This document shows, in pieces, positions 15,959 through 28,047 of a DNA stretch of 64,000 nucleotides. The notes under the pieces were generated by a model. The model was not told the origin of the DNA. It saw nothing but the letters and a program-made list of their open reading frames with translations, and ran no database searches. Position 1 is the stretch's first letter, and every line of letters begins with the position of its first letter. A program made the position numbers and the translations under genes. This DNA is from the human T2T-CHM13v2.0 reference genome, Homo sapiens, in the NCBI RefSeq assembly GCF_009914755.1, contig NC_060938.1; one strand, given 5' to 3'.

Positions 15959-16400
15959 TATGCTGGTTTACTTATTTATTACCTTCTTTCAAATTCAAAT
16001 TCACCTTTCTTGACTCTATAAAAACAAGACTAGAGTTCTGCCAGCTATGCATACCAGATACCCTGGCCAATTGGCTTACTTTTAGGTTAGAAGAGCATTA
16101 GAATATTGAAGTGGTGGTGGTGGGGAGATATTTATTTATTTATTTATTTGATTGATTGATTTTGTTTATTGTTCCTGTCAGTCAGGCTCCACCCATTAGC
16201 TGTTGGCTCCAACCACCAGCTTCTTTTGGTGCTGCCCTGATCAGCTCGTTTTCCTCCCAGTTTTACTAGAGAAGGCTAGATGGTGGCCCCATCTCAGATC
16301 TTGATCTCAAGTTTTGTAGGGCCCTCTCGTGAGCTTCTGAAATACCATCTGGAGATAGGTAGTGCTCCCTATCCGGAGATCTAAGCACATTCCAAAAAAC
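15959..16400 (+). mobile_element. ERV-L 3' LTR (LTR33/LTR41-like); right end uncertain
   Basis: Starts directly after the PPT ('tatgctggttt...'), with 'ccctggccaattggcttacttttaggtt' resembling old ERV-L LTRs. Confidence 0.5.
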
Positions 16401-16559
16401 CCTATTCTGAACACATAGGTCCTAGCAAACCTCAGCGAAGTGGAGCATGTGCTTAGTTGAGACGATGGGCTGTTAAACGAAGTTACCAAAATCATTCTTG
16501 AGACATGCTGCTGAATTAGCAGTGCAGAATCATCCAGATTTATCATTCCTTACTGGAAT

Positions 16560-17150
16560 CATTTTGAGAAAGCCTCACATTAAGATGGCAGACTTACAAG
16601 ACTGAAGAAGCATAAATTGGTAATCCACGTTGAGTTCAGTTGCTCTAGAGGCTTACTTAGGCACATAGAGAAATTAGTGTAAATTAGATATAAAAATGTT
16701 TGTGTTAAGCCATGGGGATTTTGAAGCTGTTCGTTACTACTTATGACCTAGTGTCTCCTGATGAATATAGAAATCAGTACCAGGAGAAATAGTGTGCTGC
16801 CATGACAAATACAAAAATATGTACCAGTGGCACAGTGAACAGGAAAGAGACCCAAAGGAAAAATGATGATCTATGTAATGCAATGGCAGAACATAATGTT
16901 ACCTGCAATAACTTGGGAAACAAATGTTTGAGGAATTTGCAGTGTTCGGGAGAATGATTAGGAAATAAAACTTTACTTGTGGGTGTTTATTGCTATTGTG
17001 GTTTATCATATGAAATGGAAAATGTTAGAAGAATAGATGTTCTACTCTCTTGTTTCAGACAAAAGAAGACTTGGAAGAAACAGTCTGACATATATGTTTC
17101 AAGTGTTCAGCATATATAAAGTTCTAAGAGATAAAAATTGAGGCTACAAA
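16560..17150 (+). mobile_element. Old MLT1 LTR 3' part followed by MaLR internal sequence
   Basis: MLT1 end 'tgtgttaagccatggggattttgaagctgttcgttac...tcctgatgaata', then internal start 'gaaatcagtaccaggag...gtgctgccatgacaaatac'. Confidence 0.6.
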
Positions 17151-17169
17151 AATAAATAAGACATACCTT

Positions 17170-17798
17170 TGTTACCAGAAAGAGGTCTCAATCCAGATCC
17201 CAAGAGAGGGTTCTTAGATCCCATCCAAGAAAGAATGTGAGGCAAATCCACAGAGCAAAGTGAAAGCAAGTTTACTAAAAAAGTAAAGGAATTAAAAAAC
17301 GCCTGCTCCATGGAAAAGCAGCCCCAAAGGCCACTGGTTGGCTATTTTTATAGTTATTTCTTGGTTATGTAATAAATAAAGATTGGATTATTCATGAGTT
17401 TTTCAGGAAGAATGCAGACGATTATCAGAATTGAGGGTTCCTCCCTTTTTAGACATAGGGTAACTCCTGGACATTGCCATGGCATTTGTAAACTGTTATG
17501 GAGCTGGTGGGAGTGTCTTTTAGCATGTTAATGCATTATAATTAGTGTATCATGAGCAGTGAGAACAATCAGAGGTCACTTTCATCACCACCTTAGATTT
17601 GGCAGGTTTGGGCTAGCTTCTTTACCACATCCTGTTTTATCAGTAGGTTCTTTGTGACCTGTATCTTGTGTTGACCTCCTATCTCATCCTGTGACTAAGG
17701 ATGCCTACCCTTCTGGGAATGCAGCCCAACAGGTCTCAGCCTCATTTTACCCATCCCCTATTCAAGATGGAGTCACTCTGGTTTGAATGCCTCTGAAA
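17170..17798 (-). mobile_element. Solo MER41B-like ERV1 LTR
   Basis: Minus strand reads 'tttcagaggcattcaaaccagagtgactccatcttgaatagggg...ctttctggtaaca'. 4-bp TSD 'cctt' at 17166-17169 and 17799-17802. Confidence 0.92.
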
Positions 17799-19672
17799 CC
17801 TTCTGCTATATACAAGGTTTCATTCAGGCCTATCTGTCCAATCCTTGCCTCTGAATTCAGTCAGCTTTCCTGACCATCATATCATAGCAAGAACCAGTCA
17901 GAAGCAAATGGGTTTTCTCTCCTAACTTTTACCAGTTCCCACAAAGCTTGCTGTATGCTGCCGACTCGTGTACATCTAGTAGTGGTTACTCCCCACTTCC
18001 TGAGTATACACTCTGGCTCAGTGTAACGTCCTTGAGTACCTCATTTGGTGAATCACTTAATCAACATTGTTTCTCTACTCAGATCCCAACCAGATAGCCT
18101 TCATTACTTTGGTTATCTTTCAGAAAATCCAGAGCTCTGAGTGATTAATACCTTTTACCAGCTCTCTCTGCCTTTTCCTAAAAGAGAAATTTTTAAAAAG
18201 TAAGTTAAGTCATCCCTCTCACACAAATATAGATAACTCATGAATTAATGAGGGCATTGGTAAGATGTTTCAAACTGCTCAACTGAGGATTTGATTGATA
18301 GAAATTTGTATTGTCTACTTGTAAAAAATATTTTGCATTTCTATGAACGGGAATCATTTGCAAAGACATAGGCAGGAAATACTTGCATTACCATCAGTTT
18401 TCTACTAGTTAACTTTCATCTCTACAGAGCTACAAATTAACCAAGTGAAATAATCCAAGGCAAAGATCACTATAGAATCAGAAAATTCGTACGTTGTTTT
18501 CTAGACAATGCCCAGCATTCTATTAAAAGGAAGTGCTGCAATCTTGTCTGCCCACTTTAAAGTCTTCCATATCTTGTCCTAATATGCCATCAATTAAACT
18601 CATCCCTCATCAAGTCACCTACCCCACCAATAGAAATACAGATGCAGATATACTAAGCGACTTACATGCAAATAAATATTTGAAGAATGGCTATGTAGAA
18701 GAGGAATTTTATATTCCACGTGTAAACCAATTTGTGAGTTAATTCATTTCCTGGCATATTAGCAGGAAACAACTATATTCCTTTCCACTGCTACCATTTT
18801 AAATCTAGTCTTTCAATTTGTTTTTTCTAAATCTGTCCATAATCTTGGGCAAAGCTCATAGCTTTCCCAGTGACAGTCAGGCAATGCGTGAAGAATTTGT
18901 TGTTTTTTGTTTTTCCTGGTAATAAAATCTTGTTTCAGGCAATATGAAGTCCCTAAATATCATTCAGATTAAAACTTCTTTTCCCTAGATCACACCTTAT
19001 TTTAACTCGGAAATCTGCAGGAGGAGAAGGGGATATGGTCAATTTTACCTCTATTTTCTGCTTCTTCTCCCATTATATTTAGTAGGTGATGCTTTGGGTC
19101 CCACTGGGAGATAAAGAGAAGGAGAGAGACACTTGACTAATAAGAGTTGGAATCAGCTGTGGTGCCTCATGGCATGGTGTGTTTCCATTTTCCATCCTGT
19201 GATGAGGGTGTCGCCACCTCCAACTAGCCTTTTGTAATTTCTCCAACTCTTGGTTTCCAGGAACTTACCTTTCTTGCAGAGTCATTCTAATTTCTAGTTA
19301 TTCTTCTAGGAAGAGTCCCTCTCAAGAAACACAACAGGACTCTTCTCTGTGATGGCCACATCTGGCTTGGTGGAAACCAATGTAATACTCAGACTTTTCA
19401 TTCCATTTTCAAAGCAAGCCCTTCTGTTTTATTTCCAGACAAGGATGTTTTAGCCACAGCTTCCTACCTTTAAGTTTTCAGACAAAAGTAAAATGCTAGG
19501 TTCTCTGTCTTTCAAACTCCAGGAAATGCCTATAAAGCTATTTGGTTCTTTTAAGGCCTCCACTTACTTGACTTGAAATGGCAAGAAGATAATAGCAACC
19601 ACAGGTTTCTGAAAACCAAGTAAAAAAATTCTCACTTTGCAATCTCTTCAGCCTCTGCCAACACATTCTCTC

Positions 19673-20191
19673 TGTAGGGAAGGAGACATATCTTCTTCCC
19701 ATCTTATGTTCATGGCTAAGGCCCCTATAACATAAGACAGATTAACAAGAGAAAAGCATGCAATTTATTTAAAATAAGCTTTATGTGAGATGACAGCCCT
19801 CAGAAATAAAGATCCTATGAAACAAACAAACGTGTGTATTTTAAGCCTAAGTTTGATGAAGTGGATAGTTGCAGAGAGTATAATTAGACAAATGGGGTAT
19901 GATCTAATGGTACTAGTTTGGAGGAAACTTAGCAAGGCCTGTTTGTTCAGATTCTTCTCTGTGTCCCTGTGTCTTCAAAGGTAAATTTGTTCCTTTCCTC
20001 TGGGTATAGAGTGAGCACCTCTCACCTGAAGGTCTGATGACCTAGTTCAGGAGAAGATCAGCAATTCATTTCCAGGTCTTATGATCTACTTCAGGGGAAA
20101 ATAGGGAAGGTCAGAGTGACATTCTTGCTTCTGCTATTTTTTAAAATGCCAATGAGCCATATTTGGGGATAGTGCCTCTGGAACCCCATTA
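19673..20191 (-). mobile_element. ERV1 LTR, MER34/MER39 group
   Basis: 'agacagattaacaagagaaaagca' and a terminal 'catatttggggatagtgcctctggaacccc' are typical of this group. Confidence 0.7.
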
Positions 20192-20469
20192 ATATTTGCT
20201 TGAATACCTGGGCCACAGATGATAGACCAAAGTGGAGAGAACTAGTTTGGAGCCAACTCCATTGCATGTCCTGAATGCCACACTTACATCCTAATATAAC
20301 ATGCTACGTCATCTTACATTAGGGTATAAATGTCCCTTGCACCAACTATTTTATTTTCAGCTGTTGGAGTCTTTGTTAAAACTCCAATACAACAGAAACA
20401 GTTGCATCTAACATCTTGTTACGTATATTGTCTCAGAGGGAAGAATGGTAGTAGGTGGTAGGCAGCTAT

Positions 20470-20665
20470 ATTTGAGCACAATACAAGGTGAGACATTTTT
20501 AAGAAAGGAAACTCTACAAATATGCTGTGGGCTTCCTCACGAAGCGACGAATCTCCTATCACTTGCAGGGTTTAAGCAGAGATAGGATAACCACTTATTC
20601 GAATGCTGCATCAGGAATTAGAAGGTTGATTTAGCTGACCTCTCATTTTCATATTTTATGATTAT
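20470..20665 (+). mobile_element. L3/CR1 3' end fragment
   Basis: 'tcctatcacttgcagggtttaagcagagataggataaccac...ggttgatttagctgacctct' matches the CR1 tail. Confidence 0.6.
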
Positions 20666-20774
20666 TGGCGTTCGATGGCAATTTAGAGTGTATATATCAA
20701 CATTGTTTGATTTGATTTTAATTTTAAAGGTTTAGAAAAATCCTTGTGAAATGAAATATGAGCTATCAGTTACT

Positions 20775-20900
20775 ATTCATTCAATCACTCATTCAGAATA
20801 TCTTTTGAGAGCCTAGTATATGTTAGGCGCTATGCTAGGAACTGGGGAAATTAAGAAGAAACACATTGCCCCTGTGTTCAAAGAGATGACAGTAGCAGAA
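20775..20900 (-). mobile_element. L2 3' end fragment
   Basis: 'ttcattcaatcactcattcag...gagagcctagtatatgttaggcgctatgctagg'. Confidence 0.6.
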
Positions 20901-22556
20901 TAAGGAAAACAAGCAAAAATCTCTAGAGTATTTCCACTCCACATCACTATCTTGCCTACTTAAAGTTCCTCATTTGAAATGGGTCATAAACCAAAATAAT
21001 TTTTTCATAGATAATTTAAAATGACAAATCACTGGCAACTTAATGTAAATCAAGTTAGCATCAGTAATTAATTCACGTGTCACATTTTATATACTAGAAT
21101 GTAATTCACTTATTACATGTCGTCACATTTCAAAAAGCTGCCTGGGCCTGCACACACGATTTCCTCTGAAATGCATCCTACCTTTATGGAAGTGTTTTTT
21201 TTTGTTTGTTTTCAGTCCTGGGGAAAACAGAAGGCACAGCAACAGAAATTTAGACTGAATCGCTCAGGACACGGCATGCCTAAACCCTATGCACTTTTTA
21301 TTTGCAAAGTATTCAAATGCCTTTACAAGGAAAGTCGGTTAGGAAGGAAGGGCTGCCTGCAGAATTAAGAGCGAGAGTGTGGCTGTGCATTTGTCTTTGA
21401 GCTGGTTAACTGAAAATCAATTTCCTATTTTAAAAGCAGACCCATCAAAGGCAAGTGTCCAATTTTAAGCTAAGCTCTACAATATGCTTTTCAATAAAAT
21501 GTCTTTCTGTCTCTTTCCCTTTTCTCATTTCAACGTCCTGTTACATATTTCCGAAAGCACGGCTTTCATACTTGATGTATGCTATGATTGTGTGGAATGA
21601 AAAGCTCTGAAAGACCACAGAGAAAAATATCACTTGCCTCCATCTCTGAGGAGAGGGCCCTTTGAATTAAGACCGATTCCACCTGAGAAGCCTGATTGAG
21701 CCTGAATTGATAATACCTTCGTGTGTGGGCTTTCTCGCTTTATTTCCCCTTGCATTCTTTTTTATTTCAGAATGTATTGTGGGTCATTATCCACTTTTCA
21801 TAGCAGCATGACTGATTAGCAAAATGCTGTGAAAGAGAAACTAAATTCTTAAAAAGAAGTATTCACTGAAGACTTACAGGAATCATACACCAATATTCTG
21901 TGCTGATTATTGGAATTCAAAGCTGAACATTGGAAACATCTAAAGGATTTAACTTTAACTCACAAAGGTTTATTTTTTTCTCTTAAATGCTTAGAGCTCT
22001 TGAGACTGAAAGGTTTGCATTTATTTTTATGTTTTGACTGTTAATATTCTTTAGTTAGATCTATAACATGGCCTAGAGAAAGGACACGACAAAGACACCT
22101 GACTTTATGTAAAAAAAAGATTTTTCTTCAAAACCCTTATCTAGACCTTAACTTTCCAAAGCACATTGCCCTTTGCCCTAAGAAAATATACAAGGAAGTT
22201 TTGAGCAAACTATGGTTTAGACAACCTGACAATAGTAAGCCCAGCATAAAGAAATGGAAGGTGGATGGAAAAAGGCAATACTGGGAACAGAAACACTGCC
22301 TGTGTAGAGGCCAGATGGACCACGATTCCTGAGTTTGTAGCAGCAGTAACAGGCAGGGTCATGTAAGCAGCACACAACTGCAACTGAGGCTCATTAAATA
22401 CCTACAATTTTCCAGATATAGGTGTAGGCCCCAGCATAAAAAGGTGAATCAAATGTACTTCCTTCTCTGTTTACAACTGTAAGATAATATGTAGCATGCC
22501 TTAAAGAAGTGGGTATAAAATCCTATAGGAATAAATGGATATTGAAGTACTATGTG

Positions 22557-23013
22557 AGAAAACCCAAATGATCATCAACTATTAAGTGGAAAAACATAAA
22601 CATAGTATATCTGTGCAATGGAATATCCCACAATGGACATATTCAGCAATGAAAAGGAACCAACTACTTATATGTACAAAGACATGAATGAACCTCAAAC
22701 ACATTATGGTAAGTAAAAGAAGCCAGACACAAAGGACCACATATTATATGATTCCATTTATGTGAAATATTCAGAAAAGGCAAATCCATAGGGGTAGAAA
22801 ATAGATTATTGATTGTCTGGGGTTAAGGTTGGAAATAGGGATTAATTGTCAGTAAACATGGAGGATTTTACTGGGGTGATGAGAATAGTCTAAAAGTGGT
22901 TTATGGTAATGGTTTATGGTATCTGGTAAAGTTACCAAAGCTCATCAGATTATACACTTAAAATGGGCAATTTTATGATGGGTGAATTTTACCTCAATGA
23001 ATTTGTTTTAAAA
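22557..23013 (+). mobile_element. L1ME-type 3' end
   Basis: 'atgaacctcaaacacattatg...agaagccagacacaaag...tatgattccatttatgtgaaat...tacacttaaaatggg'. Confidence 0.85.
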
Positions 23014-23067
23014 TATATACTACATGAGGTGAGGGCAAGATGCAAATTGTAGATGAAAGGAAGACTT

Positions 23068-23557
23068 TTCTTTCCTATGGCTGCTATGGCTGCTATAACA
23101 AATTACTACAAACTCAGTGGCTTAAAAAAATACAAATTTATTCTTTTACAGTTCTGGTAGCCAGAATTATGAGATCAGTTTCACTGGGCTAAAGCCAAGG
23201 TGTCATCAGAACTTATTTCTTCCCAAGGCTCTGAGGGGAGCATCCATGTAGTTGTCTTCAGTGCCTAGTGGCCTCCTGCATTCCTTGGCTTGTGGACTCT
23301 TCTTCTGTCTTCAAACTGCATCACTTCAATCTGCTTCATCTTTACACTGCCACCTTCTCTGAGTCTTCATGCTCCTACATCCCGCTCATAAGTACTCTTG
23401 TGCTCACATGGGCCCACCATGATAAACTAGGATAACCCTCCCCTTAATTTAATCACAACTGCAAAGTCCCTTCTGTCATATAAGGTGATATTTTCAGGTT
23501 CCAGGGATTATGATATACAAGTATTTGGTGGAGTGAGGTATTTTTCAGCCTACTACA
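23068..23557 (-). mobile_element. MLT1 LTR (MLT1C/D/E-like)
   Basis: 'gctgctataacaaattactacaaactcagtggcttaaaa...tttattcttttacagttctgg...ttcagcctactaca'. Confidence 0.85.
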
Positions 23558-23566
23558 AGACCAACA

Positions 23567-24722
23567 TGATAGTTAATTTTATGTATCAGATTGACTGGGC
23601 CATGAGGTATGCAGGAATTGGTCAAATATTCTTCTGGGTGTATCTGTGAGAACGTTTCTGGATGAGATTGTCAGGGCTGAGAACACAATAATACTCCAGA
23701 CTATGGTGCATTGACCAGCTGAGTACTTTGCACTGAAGGAGATGGGGAGGACCTCAGAAGCAAGGTCTCTCCCACCCTCCCTCATCCTTTCTTCTCCCTT
23801 TTATGCAGGACATAGAAACTAGAATTTCTCTCCCCAAGGCAAGCCATAAAACCTAGAAAGGTCAATTTCTGACCTTCCCCTGCCTTTCTTTGGGGAAAAT
23901 GGTCATATAGGAATTCTCTGACTTGTCTTGCCTGCAAGTAGGTTGTAAGACCCTTGTTCCAGATGAGTCCCACTCTATACTTGGAGGCCAAGAAGAATCT
24001 GAACAGACAGGCCTTGCTGTGTTCCCCCTTCAGTTTATTACCAATAGATCATACCCTTTTTCTCCAAGCATGTTTCTCTACTTTTTTCATCAGACTTTGC
24101 ATAAAAATTCAGTTTTCCCCTGGTTTTGGGTCTTCATTTCTGAAACCTCCTATGTCACATAAACTTTGACTTAAAAACCTATTATGCTTTTCTCTTGTTA
24201 ATTTGTCTTTTGTAATAGGAGTGTAAGACATGGCCCTTGGAATGTGTGAAGGAAAGTTATTTTTCTCTCCTACAGGATTAACATTTAATCAGTATGCTGT
24301 ATAAAGCCGATTGCCCTCCTTAATGTACATAGGCCTCATCCAATTAGGTCAAGGCCTGAGAAGATCAAAAAGTCTGACCTCCCCCAAGCATGATAAAATT
24401 CTTCCTGTCTGATGGCCTTCAAACTAGGATATAGGCATTTTTGTCCTTAACTTTGGATTTGAATAAAAACATCAATCATTCCTTTGTCTTGAGCCTGCCA
24501 GCCTTCAGACTGGAACTGCAGCATCAGCTCTCTTTGTTCTCAGGCCTTCAGACTCAAACTGGAACTAAACCATTAGCTCGCCTAGATCTCCAGTTTTCTG
24601 ACTCATCCTGTAGATCTTGGGACTTGTCAGCCTTCATAATCATGTGTACCAATGCCTTACAAATATGTAGATTTATGGTAAGAATTTGGTTCTGTTTCTC
24701 TGGAAAACCCTGGCTAAATAGC
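23567..24722 (+). mobile_element. MLT2 (ERV-L) LTR split by a nested ERV1 LTR
   Basis: 'tgatagttaattttatgtatcagattgactgggc...tttctggatgagat' resumes at 24275 with 'ggattaacattt...tctgtttctctggaaaaccctggctaa'. Confidence 0.85.
23669..24274 (+). mobile_element. MER39/MER34-group ERV1 solo LTR inserted in MLT2
   Basis: TG...CA ends, 4-bp TSD 'agat'/'ggat' (one mismatch), 'atgcttttctcttgttaat' motif. Confidence 0.75.
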
Positions 24723-24959
24723 CAACGTTTCAAATATGATGTATTCTGAGTTAGATTGTAAAGGATGGGTGCTTTTCTGTGAGGAAAAGTGAGTAAAGTC
24801 ATTCTGAGTAGAAGGAATGGTATCAGCAAATGAATAGAGAGGGAAAACTGTTATCGATGGGAGTATCACAGAGCTCAGCCCTCTGACTTTTGTGTTTTCT
24901 GTCTCTATACTCATTTCCTATGTTATCTTATCCACCCTGTGTCTCTAAATTCTTCTGCA

Positions 24960-25495
24960 CTATGATGACTACAGTTATCTTATTCACATTTTTTTATACT
25001 TACAGCCTCAACCTCTCCCATGTAATCAAGATGTGTAAACTTAACAGCCTACTTGACCTTGCTACTTGTATGTCTAGTAGGCATCTCAAACTTAATAATG
25101 CGTTTCAACCAGATTTTTTTATTCCCTCTCCCACTCACCAAATTGGCTTCTGTCACAATCTTCTTCTTAATACATGTTGCCACCATTCATCCAGTTTCTT
25201 AAATTCTGGCTTTGTCTTTAATTTTTCTATTTTCCTCAACTTCATATCCAAACCCTCAGTAAATTTTCTTGTTTCTACCTTCAAAATATACACAGAGCTT
25301 GACCACTTCTCAATATCACTACTTCTACCATCCTTTTGTGACCAACAATCTAACATCTATTTTCTCAGTTATTTCAATGGCTTCGTACTGGTCTACATGT
25401 TTCTACTCTTGATTCTTTATATTATTTTTTCCACAATGCATCCAGAATAATTAAACATAAGTCAGATCATGCCATACACTTCTTCAGAATTTTTC
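24960..25495 (+). mobile_element. L2 fragment
   Basis: 'tgtctagtaggcatctcaaacttaa', 'ctaccttcaaaatata', 'taagtcagatcatg'. Confidence 0.75.
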
Positions 25496-25496
25496 T

Positions 25497-26015
25497 TGTG
25501 GTAGACTCCACAATGGCAGCCAACAACATCACCCCCTAGTCATCTTCATGCTTTTATGTGAATCCCCTTCAAAGAAGTGTACTAGGACCAATAAAAGGAC
25601 ATGATGATATTCTACTTCAAAAATAAGATTATAAAAGACTGTGGGTTCTCTCTCAGGTCTCTCTCAGTCTCTTTCACACACACACACATACCCCACACTC
25701 ACTTTTTCACTCTCACATTACTCTTTCGGGGGGAAACCATGGCATGAACAGCAGTCCTATGGAGAGACCCATGTGCAAGAAGACAAAGCCGCCTGTAAAT
25801 ATTCATGTGAGACCCAGTCAAGTCAGAGATGACTGCATCCTTGGCCAACATCTTGATAGGAGCCTCATAAAGACTCTGAGCAGAACTACCTAACTAAGCT
25901 GCCCCCATTCCTGACTCACAGAAACTGTGAGATAAATAATTAAAATTAAAATTAAATGTTTGCGGTTTTAAGCTGCTACATTTGGAGCATTTTTTAATGC
26001 ACATGTAGATAATGA
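25497..26015 (+). mobile_element. MLT1 LTR (MLT1F-like)
   Basis: 'cctatggagagacccatgtgcaagaa...ctaagctgcccccattcctgactcacagaaactgtgagataa...gttttaagctgcta'. Confidence 0.8.
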
Positions 26016-26369
26016 GGTCTACCGTAAATTGAAAAATGATGCCTCCAGATTGTCTATTTGGAAAATAAAATACTTGAAAAGGTGAGGTTTATTTGTCTTC
26101 TAATGTTTTCCATCTCTAATGGCTTTTTGTTAATTTTGAAAAAGTAGAAGTCACTTTTGAACTATTTTGGCTGAAGCATACACCATTTGGAAGAATACTA
26201 TTTCAGGAATATTTAAAATGCAGTCATGGAATAATTGTCTACTCATTTAGTTTGGTGGCTTGGTTCTCATACATGAAATTTATTTCTGAGAAGGGTACAA
26301 GTGAATTGGGAAACTAAGAGGTCATTTTTATAATTAGCTGCAAGGCAAAAATGTGACAATCTATGGCCA

Positions 26370-27400
26370 TTTATTCATTTATTTCTTCCTTCCATTGACA
26401 ATGTGTATGGAGCAGCTATTCTGGGACAGACACTGAGATCAAGTAGTTAACAAGGCATAATCTATACCCTTGAGGTAGAAAGATATAAGAAGACAGACGA
26501 TTTTAAAACATCACAGTAAATGCATGCAATAGTAAATTATTCAGTGAAAAAGCCAGTTTTCATTAGGGTCAAAGCAACATAGGGACATCACTTTTTTTAA
26601 TTGCAGAGTTGATTTTTCAACACAAAAAGCACATAGTCATACTGGGAAAAATCAGCACTTTGTTAGATTTCTGTGTACTTACTTTATGGTTCAGTATCAT
26701 TTTTATTTTGAATTACACATGGCAGGCTAGGAAGAAAACTGTTGACTTCTCAGTGCTTGTGGCTTCTAAGATCTGAATCTGGCAATAAGTATGTGATAAG
26801 AATAAGTCTAAGTTGTGTGGGAATATGTAGGAGATATGGGTAATCACTCTACAGAGACCAACATTATGAGGTGTGCATAAGCTATGTTATTCTAAGGAGC
26901 AGGAAGTAGTCAGTCAGGGATTTGTAGAAGGTCATTCTAGGCATGTGAAACATGGGCAACCAAGAGAAACATGGGAATAGTCAGAAGCTTAGAATAGCTG
27001 GGCAGTAATCAAAAGAATAATATCGACAGATGAAACCTGAGGGGGCACAAGGGCCAGATAAACTAGCAGGGATATACAGCAGATGTTGGGAAAGTTGCAT
27101 TTTATCCTGAGGCCCATGGGGAATCTTCTAAGTTAGAGAGCAATTCAATTTGTGTCTAGGGAAAAAGGAACTTGCTACATGGCATAAAGAAAATATTGGG
27201 GGGACATGGAAGGAGGAAGTGGGGAAACAATTACATTGCAATAATCTAGAGGGCTTTGTAACATGGTTGTCTTGTCTAGAGTAGTAGCAGAAAAAAAATG
27301 GAGAAAAGTAGACAGTTTCAAAAGATACTGTGTGGCTTTAAGTGAGAAAAGTTGGCAATTTAGTAGAGGTGAGATGGGAGTGGGTGGGGCAAGAGTCATG
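26370..27400 (-). mobile_element. Discontinuous L2 fragments
   Basis: 'atttattcatttatt...gagcagctattctgggacagacactg' and 'ttttatcctgaggcccatggggaatc'. Confidence 0.5.
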
Positions 27401-28047
27401 TATGTTATCCATGCTTCTCACTCATGCAATTTGGAAGACGTTTGTACTAATCCTTAAGGTAGAGAACACAGGAGGAGTCATGGAATTATTATATAGATTT
27501 TCTAACTTTTCTATTCATGTCATGCGAAAGTTAACATCAAGCTAGTCTTTTAAAAGTGTGATGTCCAGGTTCATAGAATTGTCTTAGTACTCTACCGTGT
27601 ATGCTGGGAGGGGAGCAAACAATGGGGAGACAAAACCAAGAGGCCACTGAAGGACTCACAAGATGGCTACTGCAGTAATGTCTTCCAGTGAAGGTGACAA
27701 AATGAACACCATAATGGCAACACTCATCTGTAGAACTGGAATGTGACTAATTACCTTAATGTGTAGCTACTTGAGCACTATTTCCATATTCCATTTATTT
27801 GTGTCTTCCCAAGAGGTGAAGACTAAGTTGAATCTGTCATTCACTTACATACAGTCATGGTGTTTCCATATATATCATGACAAGCTTGTTTTCTGATACT
27901 TATAAAATTGGTATACTGTATGCCATCTTCTAAAGAATGCTTGTTTCCTTTATTATAATTCTTATATTTATCTATGAATTTGTGTGTAGATATAATTCAT
28001 TCATTTTCTCAATGCTGCATTATTCTATTGTGTTAATATAACAAGCC

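Noticed and set aside
18533-18742. Protein-like peptide '...KYLKNGYVEEEFYIPRVNQF' ending at a gtgagt donor
   Set aside because: There is no recognisable homologue and no convincing in-frame acceptor, so a coding exon cannot be supported.
24890-25450. Longest ORF in the track (186 aa)
   Set aside because: It lies over a decayed L2, has a non-ATG start and an F/L/S-rich composition typical of T-rich non-coding DNA.
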